DNA from: Lepidodermella squamata
Taxonomy: Eukaryota; Animalia; Gastrotricha
Assembly (NCBI GenBank): GCA_047495785.1
Contig: JBLDXI010000031.1
Span: forward strand, 682,001 to 746,000
Direction: 5' to 3'
DNA: 64,000 nucleotides
Shown: positions 12,582 to 25,434 of the stretch, one piece after another
Layout of the letters: every line of letters starts with the position of its first letter
Numbering within the stretch: the first letter of the stretch is position 1
The notes under the pieces: generated by a model
The model's database searches: none
Told to the model about the DNA's origin: nothing
What the model saw: the letters and a program-made list of their open reading frames with translations, nothing else
Translations under genes and position numbers: made by a program

Positions 12582-13424
12582 ATGTTATTGGCTGCGACTA
12601 TAGCCGCAGCTGTTTTCGCTCTCGCATCAGTCGATGGCCAAACTTCAGTCGGCCGTCCTGCCCTACAGGCGGATTTCGACACTTCCCGCTATGTCGGCAA
12701 CTGGTATGAAATCTACCGAACGAAAGGCTCGCCCATGGAGTCTGGCACCGATGTTACATCGACCTATGTCGAAAACGGTGATGGAACAATGACCGTCTAC
12801 AACCGAGAGTGGCTCGTGTCGAAAAATACCTGGAGCATCGCTGTAGGCCAGGCGAGGCAGAAGGGTAATAACGAGCCAGCTTGGTTCAGCATCCGCTATC
12901 TGAACTTCGGCGATAAAGAAAACGACTACCGTGTTCTTTACACCGACTACGACAATCTCGCTGTAGTCTACAGCGAATCTGTTCAAAACGGCTTCACATG
13001 GCGCTATGGCTGGATATTCGCTCGACAGAAAGTTCCGCCGACTTATCTGGTTAACTTTGGCATTCAGTTGCTAGGGAAGTGGGGAATTCCTCAGGGAAAT
13101 CTCGAGGCGGTTCTCCACAATATTGGCCCAGCGATTGGCGGTCGAACTGAATTGGCTACCCCACCGCCGCCCCCTTCTCCGGGTTTGGTTATCATATTAC
13201 CTCCAGCGACTCAACCTCCAACATTGCCGCCGCCTATTTATCGACTCCGGCCGAATCCTCCAATTTATCGATGGGAAGCTCCGACTACCACAACTACTAC
13301 AACAACTACAACTCAGGCCCCTATTCAATTCAACATTCCTTGGGTTCCGCCACCTGTTTGGAACTGGAACGCTTTGCCAGCTCTTAATTGGAATTGGAAC
13401 AATTGGCCATTCAACAAAAAATAA
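12582..13424 (+). CDS. Secreted lipocalin with Pro/Thr and W/N-rich tail (single exon)
   Basis: Signal peptide, DFDTSRYVGNWYEI, LYTDY, GWIFAR; tail ends WNWNALPALNWNWNNWPFNKK. Confidence 0.93.
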   Translation: MLLAATIAAAVFALASVDGQTSVGRPALQADFDTSRYVGNWYEIYRTKGSPMESGTDVTSTYVENGDGTMTVYNREWLVSKNTWSIAVGQARQKGNNEPAWFSIRYLNFGDKENDYRVLYTDYDNLAVVYSESVQNGFTWRYGWIFARQKVPPTYLVNFGIQLLGKWGIPQGNLEAVLHNIGPAIGGRTELATPPPPPSPGLVIILPPATQPPTLPPPIYRLRPNPPIYRWEAPTTTTTTTTTTQAPIQFNIPWVPPPVWNWNALPALNWNWNNWPFNKK

Positions 13425-15914
13425 CTCATCACTTGTATTATCAAAAATACACTACGCTAAATATGCTGCCTTTAGCTATGACGTTAACTTTTTTTTTATA
13501 TTTACGCGGAAAGCTGGATAATAAGGCTTTGTAAAAGCCGCAAAAAACACACAGTCACTCGGTGTTGTAGATGAGAGCTTTCATTCTTCAGCTACGCTTT
13601 TTTCACGGCACTGACGAACGTGACATAATGAATAAAAAAAACTATTTTTCAACTACTTCAACACATAATCCTGTGAAACGTTAAAAGCAAAAACGAGAGA
13701 AAGCCCAGAAATACAAGGAACGACGAGAGATGAGCACCTGCGTAAGATTTGAAATCATCCCACTCAAGAAGAAAAAGGCGTGAAACTAAGGAAGTGCAAA
13801 CCGGATATGTATGAGGTAATTTGGTGTAATTTGAAATTCATTGTCAGGTCAATTCTTTCAATTCTGAAGTTATTAAGTTATAGGTGCTTCTCGGAACATT
13901 TGCCAGAGTAAAGCATTTTTTTCATTCACAACTAATGCTTCCCGTTCTGATGCCAAACCTGGTACCAAGAAAAGCCAAGAAAAGCCGCAGGAGACCGATT
14001 TCATTGATTGGAGTGAGCATCTAATCAACTAAGAAAATTCATAGAAAACCGTTAGCCGCGCAAAATTCAAAAATTTAAACATTTCAGCAATAAAATGTCA
14101 TTTCAAAAAGCAAATATTAGATTAAACATTAATGATTAATGAATTAAATGTTAAATGTTCCCTTTCAATCAAGTGAAAGATATTCACGCGACGAACGACT
14201 AACGAACAACGAACAACCGTCGTCGTCGTTCTGGAGGTTACGCGCTGTAAAGCTCGCTGTAAACATTTTCACGCGCAATTTTGCCCCACTTAATCCTCTC
14301 ATCCACTTGAAGGCGATTAATTAAAAGTTGAATGTACGCTGCACGCATCTACGTCTTTAGGGCGAGGATATTTTGATCATGTGACCTAACCAATACAGTA
14401 CAGGTAATACAAAGTTGATCGCAACGGACTAATGATAAGCGCCGGATCAAACTCTGCGTGCTCTTTACATGAAAACCTTGGTGGAATAATACCTTGGAGT
14501 GAGCACTGCAACGAGATCAAAAATCATCGTGGGCATGATGAGAGCTTTGAGAAAAGGCTGGCCCGAGCCTACCAGCTAGTAAGCTTAATGATTAGTTCTA
14601 AGAAATTGAAGAATTTCAGTCGGCAAAAGAATGGTTCAAATTTCTCAATTTCTCAAAACAGCTAATTATTTGATGAATGAGCTCCAATCAATGAACTTTG
14701 CCCCCTATGCGGCTTTTAGTGACCACCTATGTAAAAGACATAGGTCTAATTTGAAGTATGCAAATTATTTGATCACATCACTTGTCATGGACATTAGACA
14801 TAATGCATCGTCAACTATTTTTGCCGCAAAGTATGACCGAAATACTTCGGGACAGAGCGTGTATAGAATAGCTTTCATCCAAGTATCACTTTCTCGCGAC
14901 ACAACTTAGGACGTATTATGATATCACTTGCCTCTAAAATAAGATTACACTCGAGATTTTCGGTGTTTTATTTTTGTTTTTGCCTTGCGTAGTAAACATG
15001 CGTGACTAAGGCAAGTTTTTTTACTACCATGTATTTAGGTGTTGAAAAATTGCATAGTAGTGAGCGGATGAGTACTCAAAATTGCACTATTGCGTGCGTG
15101 TTAGATGTAATGCCTTAGTGTCGCCTTAATGAAATAATCTTTTAGGGTAGATGCCGTATAAAAAAACCGCGCGCGCGCTCACGGCTCGGCCAAGTTTAAT
15201 GGCCAGCAGCGAGGGGTTAACCTTATTGTATATGAGAGTATGCCAGAGCCGTTGTCAAATAGAAGTTGCGTAGCCACTGGTCAGATGTTAGATGATGAGA
15301 GACTGCCAGCGATGAGCGGCGTTAAACGCTTCGACATGGCTACTACCTAGTGGCGACGCGCTTCATTAACACGTGTAACCTATGGCTATTAGCGCTAACA
15401 AGCACGCGGGTGGCCTGTTATCACCGGCCATCCAAAATGCGTATCGGCAGATGTTGTTTTCACTATAAACAACCATGCAAAACTTGTCAAAAAATATTGT
15501 GATAAATTGACATGTACTTACTCACACACTCGAGTGTGATTTTTTTCTCACCCAACCATTTAGCCTGCTAATTGCATTAGGGCTAGGCCAGTCAAAATTA
15601 AGTCGTTTCAATGAGTATTACACTTATTATGACACCTATCATAACAATATCATAATTAATAATCTTTTCCCTACCTTTGGCCTTTAGGCAGCGATACACT
15701 AGATACTATCAAGATTGAGGTGAGAAAGCTGTTCATTGAGAAGGCCATACCTTTAGCACTATCAATTATCCTAATACTTTGAAAGCGGCAACAAAACAAA
15801 AAACTTCCTTATTCCTACTATTAATCTACTTAAAATCCTTATTTTTCAGTTCGCAGAAATCGAGGATTCTAGAACTTTAATAATTATTCCAATTTTAGGG
15901 TTACTTAAGAGGCA

Positions 15915-17351
15915 ATGATCAAGTCTGTTGTGGTGTTTAGTGTTGTGGCCGCGGCGCAGGCCCAGATGATGTTCGGACCTTCGAACTTCCCGAACGGCTT
16001 CGCGAACAGCCCATCCTGGTTCCAACCGATCGTGGGTGGGAATAACGCGTTTGGAGGTAACCAGCCGTTTCAGTATCCTCAGCAGCAACCCGTGCAGCAG
16101 CAGATGATGCAACCGCAACCTCCACAACCTCCGCAACAGCCACAGCAACCACTTCAGCAGCAACAGCAGCAGCAGATTATTTTCCCGCAAGAACGGCCTG
16201 TTGCATTCGCTCCGCCTCAGCCACAATACCAGAGCGTTACCCCACCGCCTAAGGAAGTCGCTGTTATGCCAGGTGCAGTTTCTAGTAAGTCACATTATGG
16301 AATTTAGTAATTTTCGAAGCTGTTCAGTAATTTAGTTGCTATACCTAACTTTAGAACTAGCGATTTTATTTATAAGTCTCCGATTAGTTATTTTCGATTG
16401 GACATTAACAAGTTTTTCACAAGTGTTCTTTTAAAAGATGGCCTACGCTAAGAGCTTTCAGCTTTATTTTTTTTCTATTTTCATTTTTTCTCGTAATTTA
16501 GCAATTTCACTTACCTAAACTAATGTTAATACAATTTTTCCTTAATATTATCATAATTTTCATTTGCAAAGATCCTAAATTACCAATTAATAGCATCTGA
16601 TTTTCGAATTATCATGATCTGCTCTTTAACTAAAATTCAAGAAGGATACGAGGAATCCGTGGGCTTTTTAAAAAGTGGTCATTATGAATTAAACGTAACA
16701 TGTAGCATTTAGCTAATCTCAGATGATTGTTTTTCCGACTTGCTTCTACCCTTCTGTTTGCTAATTTGTGTTCCTTTTCTGCAGCTGCTTTGCCTCAATC
16801 TCCTTCAGGTTCGCTAACTCTTTCCTCTTCTTTCTGCTACAGAATAGAGTCAAATTTATTGTTTGCATTTAGACTTAGCCGACCCTCGAACTATTGTTTT
16901 CCCGGCTCAGCAAGGACCTCTTCCTCAATCTCTTCAGGTTCCAACACAATCCGAAATTCCTCAACAAATAGAAGTCCCTCAACAGCCCCAGCAACCTGAA
17001 GAAATTTACTACCCAGGAGCAATTCCATCCCAACTACCTCCTCAATACCGAGCTCAGATGCTCCAGGCTCAAAACCAAGCCAGGCAACCGGCTCCGCTAC
17101 CAGCTCAACCTCAACCAATGCCGCAACAAAGGATAGCTCAGCCACCTCAACAAATCGCCCCTCAACAGCTACAAAACCAGCCGGCTGGACTTCCATGGAT
17201 GTTTGGCCTAGGAGGCTTCGGCGGATTCCTCGGCAACAACCAGCAATTCGGCGGTTTGAACAACTTTGGCGGAAACCGGTTACAGAACCCCCAGTCACCC
17301 CAAGCCCCCAATGGCTTATGGTCCAATTGGAGCCCGTTTAGAAGCTGGTAA
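15915..17351 (+). CDS. Secreted Q/P-rich low-complexity protein with F/G/N/W-rich ends; exons 15915..16284, 16785..16808, 16873..17351
   Basis: Signal MIKSVVVFSVVAAAQA-Q; two phase-1 introns keep the frame into ORF 16863..17351; no globular domain recognised. Confidence 0.75.
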
Positions 17352-17769
17352 CTTCCAGGAACATTTAACTAGCAATTGATATATGTGAAATCCCTCTTCT
17401 ATGCTGATCCTCTTTTGTATATATTAGTTCTTCCCTGTGGAGTAAGCCTCGTGACGTTAGACTTGAACGAGGCCCTTCCCGTGTAGATATACGTATTGTC
17501 ATCGACAGAAAGAAAAGAATAAATCTCGAGATTTTTAACCGGCTTAATTGTTTTTTCATTCTTTCTGGCGTTAAGGTGAAAGCGTGCAAATGCATTATTC
17601 GGCCTATTAGCTCGTGGCGCTAAGGCTATTAAACGCCGGCACGAGTCGACATTAATTAGGCATGATGCTATGTATAAACTGCGGCTACTATGAAGTCCAG
17701 CCATTACGCATTTTGCCGCGAGTTTTGTCGCCCATTTAATTCGTCCAAACCATCCTTCAAGCCACTGAA

Positions 17770-18427
17770 ATGAATCAAGCCGCCACTGTTTTCTGCCTTG
17801 TCATCTGCCTTGCTGGAGGCTCGCTTGGCCAAACCTGGCCTGATAACTGGTTCGATTTGTCGAACCTTCAGAAGAACATCCAACAGAACATCCCGACTAA
17901 CATTCAACCGAGCCCTGTTATCGCCTTTATCCCAAGAGTTGAACAGAACCGTCAGATTCCCATCAATTCCTACGAGCTGCCGAAAGTTTTGGTCGACCTG
18001 ACTACTACTACAACAAAGGCTACTCGTAAGTTTTTTGAGTTTTTTCAGCTGAGGAAGATTAGACCTGTTGACTTTATAGCTCAGCCCGCCGCTCCTTCTC
18101 CTGTCGCTACTGCTTCTCAGTCAGGTTTAATTTTGATCCTCTTTACGGCCTGGTTTTTCATGACTTTTTCTTTGATTAATCTCCTTAGCTGCGGCCCCTG
18201 CGACTACTACAACCACCGGTGCGCCAAGTAATGTTTTGAATTGATAATAATTTCATTGGGGTTAACTTTTTGTATTAACAGTGTTCAACTGGATGCTAAC
18301 GGTCCCTGACGTTTACAGCTGGTTCCCGGCTGCTAGCCAGAAGGCTCAGAATGACACCAGCAACAACTGGTGGCCTGTTAAAGTTCCGCAGGTTTCCATG
18401 ACCAACCGCTGGCCATTCAGCGGCTAA
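17770..18427 (+). CDS. Secreted T/P/A-rich protein with Trp-rich termini; exons 17770..18025, 18080..18124, 18189..18227, 18282..18427
   Basis: Signal peptide then QTWPDNWF; three phase-1 short introns; ends NNWWPVKVPQVSMTNRWPFSG*. Confidence 0.78.
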
Positions 18428-18760
18428 GCGAAGGTCGACCGGTTTCACATGTTATCCAAAAAACTTGTAAATCTTGTTTTTTTGTGTGGTTGATTGCCAA
18501 TAAAACATGTTGTTAGGACATATGTTTATGCAAGTCATATTTCATCTTTCCTAAATACCACACGTTTTTTCGCAGAAGAGTTATGAATGAGAAATGGATT
18601 TTGAGATAAGACGTTTTTTATCTGTAATTCTAAATTGCGTTGATAAGCTGAAAGCTGAATCAGTGATTCATCGGCAATGTTATAAGCTAATGGCTTGAAG
18701 GTCGTAGTAGCAGTTACTTAAAAGTTTAACATAGCATCTATTCGCAATTATTAACGAAGG

Positions 18761-19891
18761 ATGACAGAATTGCATCAAGCTGTGATCAATGGCCAAGACA
18801 ATACTGTCGAGCTTCTCATTCAGCAGTCAGGGGCTGATGTGGAAGAAACAGACAAAGATGGGTTGACAGCACGACTGCATCACGCCGCTGGTAGCGGCCA
18901 AGTCACAATTGTGAACATGTTGATTGAGAAATTCCGATCAAAAGTTGAAGCAGTCGACAAAATAGGTAACACAGCCCTTCACCACGCAGCTAAACGCGGA
19001 CATGAGACTATCGTTGATCTTCTGGTAGCGAAATTCGGGGCAAAGGTTGACCCTGTTGACAACCATGGATGGACCCCACTGCACTACGCTGCTTGCGAGG
19101 GCTATGCGACGATCGTGGAAATGCTGATCGGGAAATTTGCCGCGAATTTCGAGGCTTTGGATGAGCATCACGCTACGCCTCTGCACTACGCCGCTTTCTT
19201 CGGCTATACAGTAGTCGTCGACTTACTTATTGGGAAATTCTTAGCCAAAGTCGACTCGGTTGACGATGAGGGATGGACGCCTTTGCATCGGGCTGTTTTC
19301 AATGGGCAAGCTCAGGTTGCTGAGATGCTTATCGAAAGGTTCTCGGCAAGGGTAGACCATGCTGATCAATACGGATTCACGCCGCTCCACCGCGCCTCCT
19401 ACCAAGGTCATGCTGCAATAGTATAGTTGTTGGTCGAAAAGTTCGGGGCGAAGATTGACGCCAAAGACAACTGTGGCTTCACGCCGCTTCATCGCGCCGC
19501 GGAAAAAGGCCATTCCTCTGTTGTCGAAGTTCTAGTCGAGAAATATAAGGCGGACGTTGAAGCCTTAGATAATGCTCCTTGGACGCCTCTTCACCGTGCT
19601 GCCTGGGATGGTCATGCATCAGTTGTTGAAATGCTTATCGAGAGGTTCGGGGCTAAATGGAACGCTAGGACGAAATGCGGGTCAACGGCCTTGCATTTGG
19701 CTTGCGCGAATGGCAAAATTAGTGTCATTAAGCTCCTGTTAGATAAATTTGGTTCTGACATTGCTTTTTTGAGAGACAACGAACAGTGTTTTGCGTTGCG
19801 CCGGATCAACGATTCCAACCTTAGCGAGCAGCTCAAAATGGAAGTTTGTGGAATTTTTGAATCAAATTACTGGAAAAACTCTGCGAGCTAG
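18761..19891 (+). pseudogene. Ankyrin-repeat gene (about 10 repeats) interrupted by one in-frame TAG at 19424..19426
   Basis: GxTPLHxAA...GH...IVxxL repeats continue in the same frame across the stop (AAIV*LLVEKFGA versus neighbouring repeats IVEMLIxKF). Confidence 0.75.
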
Positions 19892-20285
19892 ATTTGTGAG
19901 TTATCACTCAGTGACTTAAATCTGCCGCAATCACTAGCATGCGACATCGTCAAATCAGTAACCAAAATACATTATAAACCTGTATGTAATCTGTGTAGGA
20001 AAATGAGTTAAATGAGAATCCTTCGTGTCTATAGGCAAACCGTAACCTGTTCAAGCCGTTCCATTGTTTTATCAATAAACTACCACGAACGATGATCGAA
20101 ATTTAAAAATAGATTCTTGTTAACTATAATGTCTGCTGAATAATAAAATTGAAAATTGTTGTCATTTGTCAAGCGTTGTTATCTTGAATTTTCCTTTATC
20201 TGCCGACACTGTAGCTTTTTTCTTCAGCTCGTTTCTGATAGTTCTTCTCTCTTGGTCATTTCAAACTTTCTCGAATACATTAGAA

Positions 20286-22234
20286 ATGTCAGCTCGATTT
20301 ACTTCTCTAGCCAATTTCAGTATCGTCAAACGCCTCGGTCCAGTCGGCGAATTTGGAGAAGCTTTTCACGCTCGAATTGGAGATGAGGAATTCGCGATCA
20401 AAGGTGTGAACCTAACAGCTATGCGCCAGGACAAACGGTTTGGCAATAGATACGTGACAAAAATCGTTGATACCAGTTTGCAAGAAGTGAGCTCCATCTT
20501 GTCAATCCTTTCGTTTATATTTGAAATTGGCCCCTAAACCTTCACAATAGCACGGCGAACTACAAAATATTCGTGATCCATTCATAGTCAAAGTTAAAGG
20601 AGCCTTTATAGGTAACAGAATCTGTAACACACTGTTTCCACCAGTGAATTCCTGTTTTCTTTTGGAGAGAAATCTCAAGGGGATGAACCGAAAAATGAGG
20701 GACCGGAAATGTACTATCTAGTAACCGAATATTGTCCTCGCGGCACACTGGAGGATATAACCCGGAGAAACGATGGAAATGAGCGTATACCGGAAGATCA
20801 ATTGATGGGCTGGATTTTGCAACTTCTGCTCGCGGTTGAGGTCCTCCATAACAAGGACATAATTCATCGCGACATCACGCCAGGAAACATATATTTAGCT
20901 AATAATGGGGAAACAGTGAAACTCGGCGGATTTGGACTAGCTAAGAACATAACTGAGTAAGCAATTTTCAAGTTCTCATCCAGCTTAAATAATCCAAGTA
21001 ATTTGTGTATTCGAGCATTTCCCGGAATGATGTCTTGTCCGTCTTGAAAACCTATGACTACGCATCGCCTGGTGTTTACATTCGTTCAGAATTTTCTAAA
21101 CCAAGTGACATTTGGTCGCTTGGAGTGACTCTGTATGATGCAGCTTGCGGCAGCAAACCGGCAAGTCATTAACTAAGCATTCTATTCATTTAAAATCATT
21201 ATTTATTCAGTTTTCAGTTGAATCGGCCGATAGAGATATTTTCGCTCACTTCGCTGCCTTGCGATCGCCACTGTGAGATTGTGCCTAAAACTGGCTGTTC
21301 ATAAATTGATAAAATAGCTATTTTCAGTAATGCCGATGAATTTCGTGGTTATTCTATTGATTTCGTCAACCTTGTGATGTCGATGATGAGTGACCCCAGC
21401 GATCAAGCCTGGAGGAGACCTACAGTTTACCAGCTGATAGCAGTAGCTAGCAGAATCGGCAGAATCAGCCACTTGAATTTGTCTGCTGCGAATGGCCACG
21501 CTTCAATCATCGAGTTACTAATCGAAAAATACGAAGCAGATGCAAAAGTTGAAGACAGGGACGGCCGGACACCTTTGCATTTCGTTGCTTGGAAAAGCCA
21601 CGATTCAGCCGTGCAGTTGCCTGTCGACAACGGAGCGGATGCGAACGCTTTTTATAAAATAATGCCTACGCTTTCGAATCAGCTGATCGCTAGCCAACGG
21701 TTGCTTTTGAATTCGATGTTAACTAGTTACAAAGAGCATAGGAAAGCTGTGGAAAAAAGCCTTCGGTCGCTTTTGAATAAGGCTGCTTTTGATGGCTTCG
21801 ATTTTTGCGTGCAGATACTAATCGGCGAAGGCGGAGTGGATGCGAAAGCAGTTGACTGGCCCGGCATGACGCCTTTGCATTTCGCTGCATGGAATGGCCA
21901 ATCTTCAGTTGTGAAGTTGCTGATCGACGAATTCCAAGCAGATGCAAAAGCTGTAGATAATATCGGCCGCACACCTTTGCATTGGGCAGTGACGAAAGGC
22001 CACGCTTCAGTTGTGAAGTTGCTGATCGACAAATACCAAGCGGATGCAAATAGTGCTGATAAATACGGCCAGACGCCCTTGCATTTGGCTGCAAGGAATG
22101 GCCACGCTTCAGTTGTGCAATTGCTGATCGATGTGTACGGTGCGGATGCGACAGCTGTTGATATACACGACATGACGCCTTTGAATTGGGCTGCACGACA
22201 TGACTACGATTCCGTTGTTCATTTGTTGCGATGA
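20286..22234 (+). CDS. NEK-like pseudokinase fused to C-terminal ankyrin repeats (multi-exon)
   Basis: Exons ~20286..20486, 20551..20611, 20668..20956, 21016..21160, 21211..~21271, ~21329..22234; FAIK, HRDITPGN, KLGGFG, YASPG, SDIWSLG, then ankyrin repeats. Confidence 0.75.
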
Positions 22235-22553
22235 AACTTAGTAACTGAGGTATCGCATATTAAGGAACGTAATTTCGTTGCACATTTGTATTATCAGCTT
22301 CGAAAACCATGTTTATAATATACTGAAGACATGAAGGGTATATAGATTTTTATACCACTGTTGCTCATATAAACCGATTGTTTTCGGACGCCCATTTTCA
22401 GATATGGACAGTTTCTGTCATATATCTGTGCCCACTGTTGCATGGTACATCCTCGCAACCCAGACCGGCACGAAATAAGCCGAAATGTGCTGGAACTGAT
22501 TTCATCAGCTGAAATACGCTGAAATAAGGCATGACGACCTCTTCACCACTGAA

Positions 22554-22896
22554 ATATCGTTGGCAACGCGCAAAAAAAAACCCCAAGAAAGCACCGTAGG
22601 TACTTGAATTAGGAACCAGTACTTAATATAGAAACCGGTATTTTTTCCTTACACCGTAATTCCGAACACCGCTGTATCGTTACTACAAGAAGCCCGTTTC
22701 CAATCGGAGTACCCAGCCATGCCTTTAACGCCGTAGCTAATGACACCACCAGTTACCACTTCCTGTAGTAACGATACAGCGGTGTTCGGAATTACGGTGT
22801 AAGCAAAAAATACCGGTTTCTATATTAAGTACTGGTTCCTAATTCAAGTACCTGCGCTGCTTTCTTGGGGTTGTTTTTCCGCGTTGCCGACAATAT
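22554..22896. repeat. Long inverted repeat (arms ~139 bp, 66-bp spacer) inside the CACTA-like element
   Basis: 22554..22692 is the near-perfect reverse complement of 22759..22896. Confidence 0.9.
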
Positions 22897-23226
22897 GCTG
22901 GAGCTGATTTCTGGGCTGCGCACATGTCAGCTGATTTTTTGCCAAGTCATGTTTCTTTGCTATCAATCTACGCACAGCGCTGAAATATGCTGAAATGAGC
23001 ACATGGCGACGTCGACAAGTTTGGCAGCTTTCAGTTAGAAACTATTGCATGCTGGAAAGAGCTAAATTACCCTCCGAATAAAAGTGTGCATATGCAAATA
23101 CGACTGTTCCTCAGTTCGCAATTGAATTCAAGACCCGATGCAAAAAGAAATTCTCAAGAAATTATGATATCACCCTTTTGTAAAATTGTATATAATAGTG
23201 TCTCTCTCAGGTTTGATTCTTGCTAA

Positions 23227-23366
23227 TGGGTCAATACATATGAACAAATTCGATTAATATAAAGACAGTACTACACTAATAATAGAAAATGTTCTTGCTA
23301 CGTACTTTTTCTTTTATTAGTGTAGTACTTTCTTTATATTAATCGAATTTTATATATATTGACCCA
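23227..23366. repeat. Second AT-rich hairpin/inverted repeat inside the CACTA-like element
   Basis: tgggtcaat..aattcgattaatataaaga..gtactacactaataa pairs with ttattagtgtagtac..tctttatattaatcgaatt..attgaccca. Confidence 0.85.
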
Positions 23367-24132
23367 ATCATTTAATTAGTTCGAATTTTGCAGTGGGTAA
23401 AATTTTAACGTTAATTTTAAAATTCGATTTTTTGGAAATTGTGTCTACCGGTCTGATCATCCAGTGAATGGTGATCAATTTTCAGGAAATTATCGACTCA
23501 TACGATTTCGAGATTTTAAATAAAACAGGAAAAAGGGACGGGAAAGTGCTGAAATACGCTGAAGTTATTATAAGCTGAAATACGCTGGAATTTTAAGTTG
23601 AAATAACCTGGAAAAACGTTAAGCTGAAATCCGCTGAAATCATTTGCCAGCTTATTTCAGCTTAATTATTTCAGCGTATTTCAGCTTATTTCGTGTCGGT
23701 CTGGGAAGGTTTCGAGTGTTTTAATTTGAAATAAAAAAATGCAAGTTAAAAAATCGAGAAGTTTTTTCTCAGAAATCAGATTTCCGTTGTTGAGTGTTGG
23801 ATCATAACGTCTACTTCGGTTGAGTCCGAGTCTGAATTTGTATTCGGGTCAAGCAAATTGAATTCACGAGTATCAACATAAAAAGTCAATACAACACGCG
23901 TGCCTCGCGGCCTTATACTTAACGTATCACCCCGTCGTTTTTTATTAAGCATCTGAGGATTACATCGCTAGCCACGAATTATTTATCTGTCAATATTATT
24001 CACGGCGTTGATATGAACACGAGCTGACCGGGTGTCATTTAGATGCCCCGCGGCTGGTTAACAACACTTCTTCACGCCTCGTGCCACAGAAAAGAGTTGT
24101 TGGTTTTATTTCCATTGACTCCAGGCTGAAAG

Positions 24133-25434
24133 ATGACTCTACGGCTAGCTCAAGCTTTAGCCGTTTTCACTATAATAATATCACAATCAAAAGCTGATAT
24201 TGATCCAGCTGGATTATCCGGTAAATGGTTCGAAATTTACAGACCTGTGAAAAGCTTACTAGGCGATAGCTTCAACGCAAGCCGGTTCCCGTTAACGAAC
24301 GGAACTGACGTATCAGTCAACATCACCTGGTTCCCTCAGAACAAAGTCTTGGTATTTGATATAAACGAATGGATAGCTGGAGCGAATCGAAACGAAGGTA
24401 GATGGGCTAGCAACGTGGTGCGATGCTACGCCGATGAAAATGACACGGAACTATTCAAAGACTGCCAGTACCGGAATCAAGGCGAAGACTCAAAATTCCT
24501 GATTACGGTCAATTACACTGATTACATCAGCGTTTTGACTATGAAAGTCAGCGCTGGAGTCGAGAGGGGTTGGTTGTTGGCTAGGAGCCTTGATTTGGCT
24601 GACGAAGTGATCGATCCGGCCTATGATGCGCTCCCAGAGCTGAATATTTTCTATTTCTACCAAAAAACCGCTCATGGCTTGGCGAACCGGTCTGCTACTT
24701 TGCCACCTCCAACGCAACGACTTGTGGCTGCGGAACAGAGCGGCGATGACGAAGTGAAGCCAAGCACCACGCGTGCAGCTAGACGTATGTTTTTTACAGT
24801 CATGAAAGGAACCTTCTCATCTCGCATAATTCAGTAAAACCTATTAAATGAGATTTCTCCTTTTCTTAAATTAGGAATATTATTTTTTCTGTATTTTTCT
24901 AAAAATTAAATTAAAAGATTAATCGGGATTTTGGATTCAAATAGGGATTACGAGTTTTGTTCCCTCTGCGATGAACCCAAATTTTTCCCACACCTTCAAC
25001 TCTTGAAGGAGACGTGTAATCATCTTTTTCCATAATTCACAGCAACTCCGATTCGAACCTCATCCACAACTTCAACCACTACATCAACCACTACCACCGC
25101 AACTGAAACATTCGTAACTACGACTGTAACTGCGGCATCAGCAAGCAATCCCTCGCCTGTTGAAGACCAATCGCAGCCGATTTTTTACTACCAAAGTGGT
25201 CCAGTCTTTGATTCATCATTCCCTGGTTGGTCGCGCCGCCAGCAATGGGGTTTCCGGTACCAGTACCAGCAACCGAGCCTATTCTCCATTCCATCTTTCA
25301 CAAACTGGCTGCCAGCAATTCAACCACCCAACCTTGGCTTTTTGCCACTTTTTAACAACAATAATTACCTCCCGAGCTTCCCGAGCAACCTATACAATAT
25401 ACTTCCTATCCAACCGCCGTTTTGGCCATTCTAA
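24133..25434 (+). CDS. Divergent secreted lipocalin with Thr-rich linker and aromatic tail; exons 24133..24784, 25043..25434
   Basis: Signal peptide, SGKWFEIYR, NYTDY, GWLLAR, KTAHG; phase-1 intron; last exon ends ILPIQPPFWPF*. Confidence 0.83.

Larger units (their letters stand above)
22459..23705. mobile_element. Non-autonomous CACTA/EnSpm-type (CMC) DNA transposon
   Basis: TIRs cccagaccggcacgaaataagc / gcttatttcgtgtcggtctggg (1 mismatch), CCC...GGG termini, 2-bp AA flanking both ends, many subterminal gctgaaata(c) repeats; no transposase ORF. Confidence 0.8.

Noticed and set aside
14289-15220. Possible piggyBac-like MITE ending in ...gaggggTTAA
   Set aside because: No convincing matching left terminal inverted repeat
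19424-19426. Alternative genetic code (TAG reassigned)
   Set aside because: TAG is a genuine terminator in other genes here (715, 27740, 33893, 43642, 50205)
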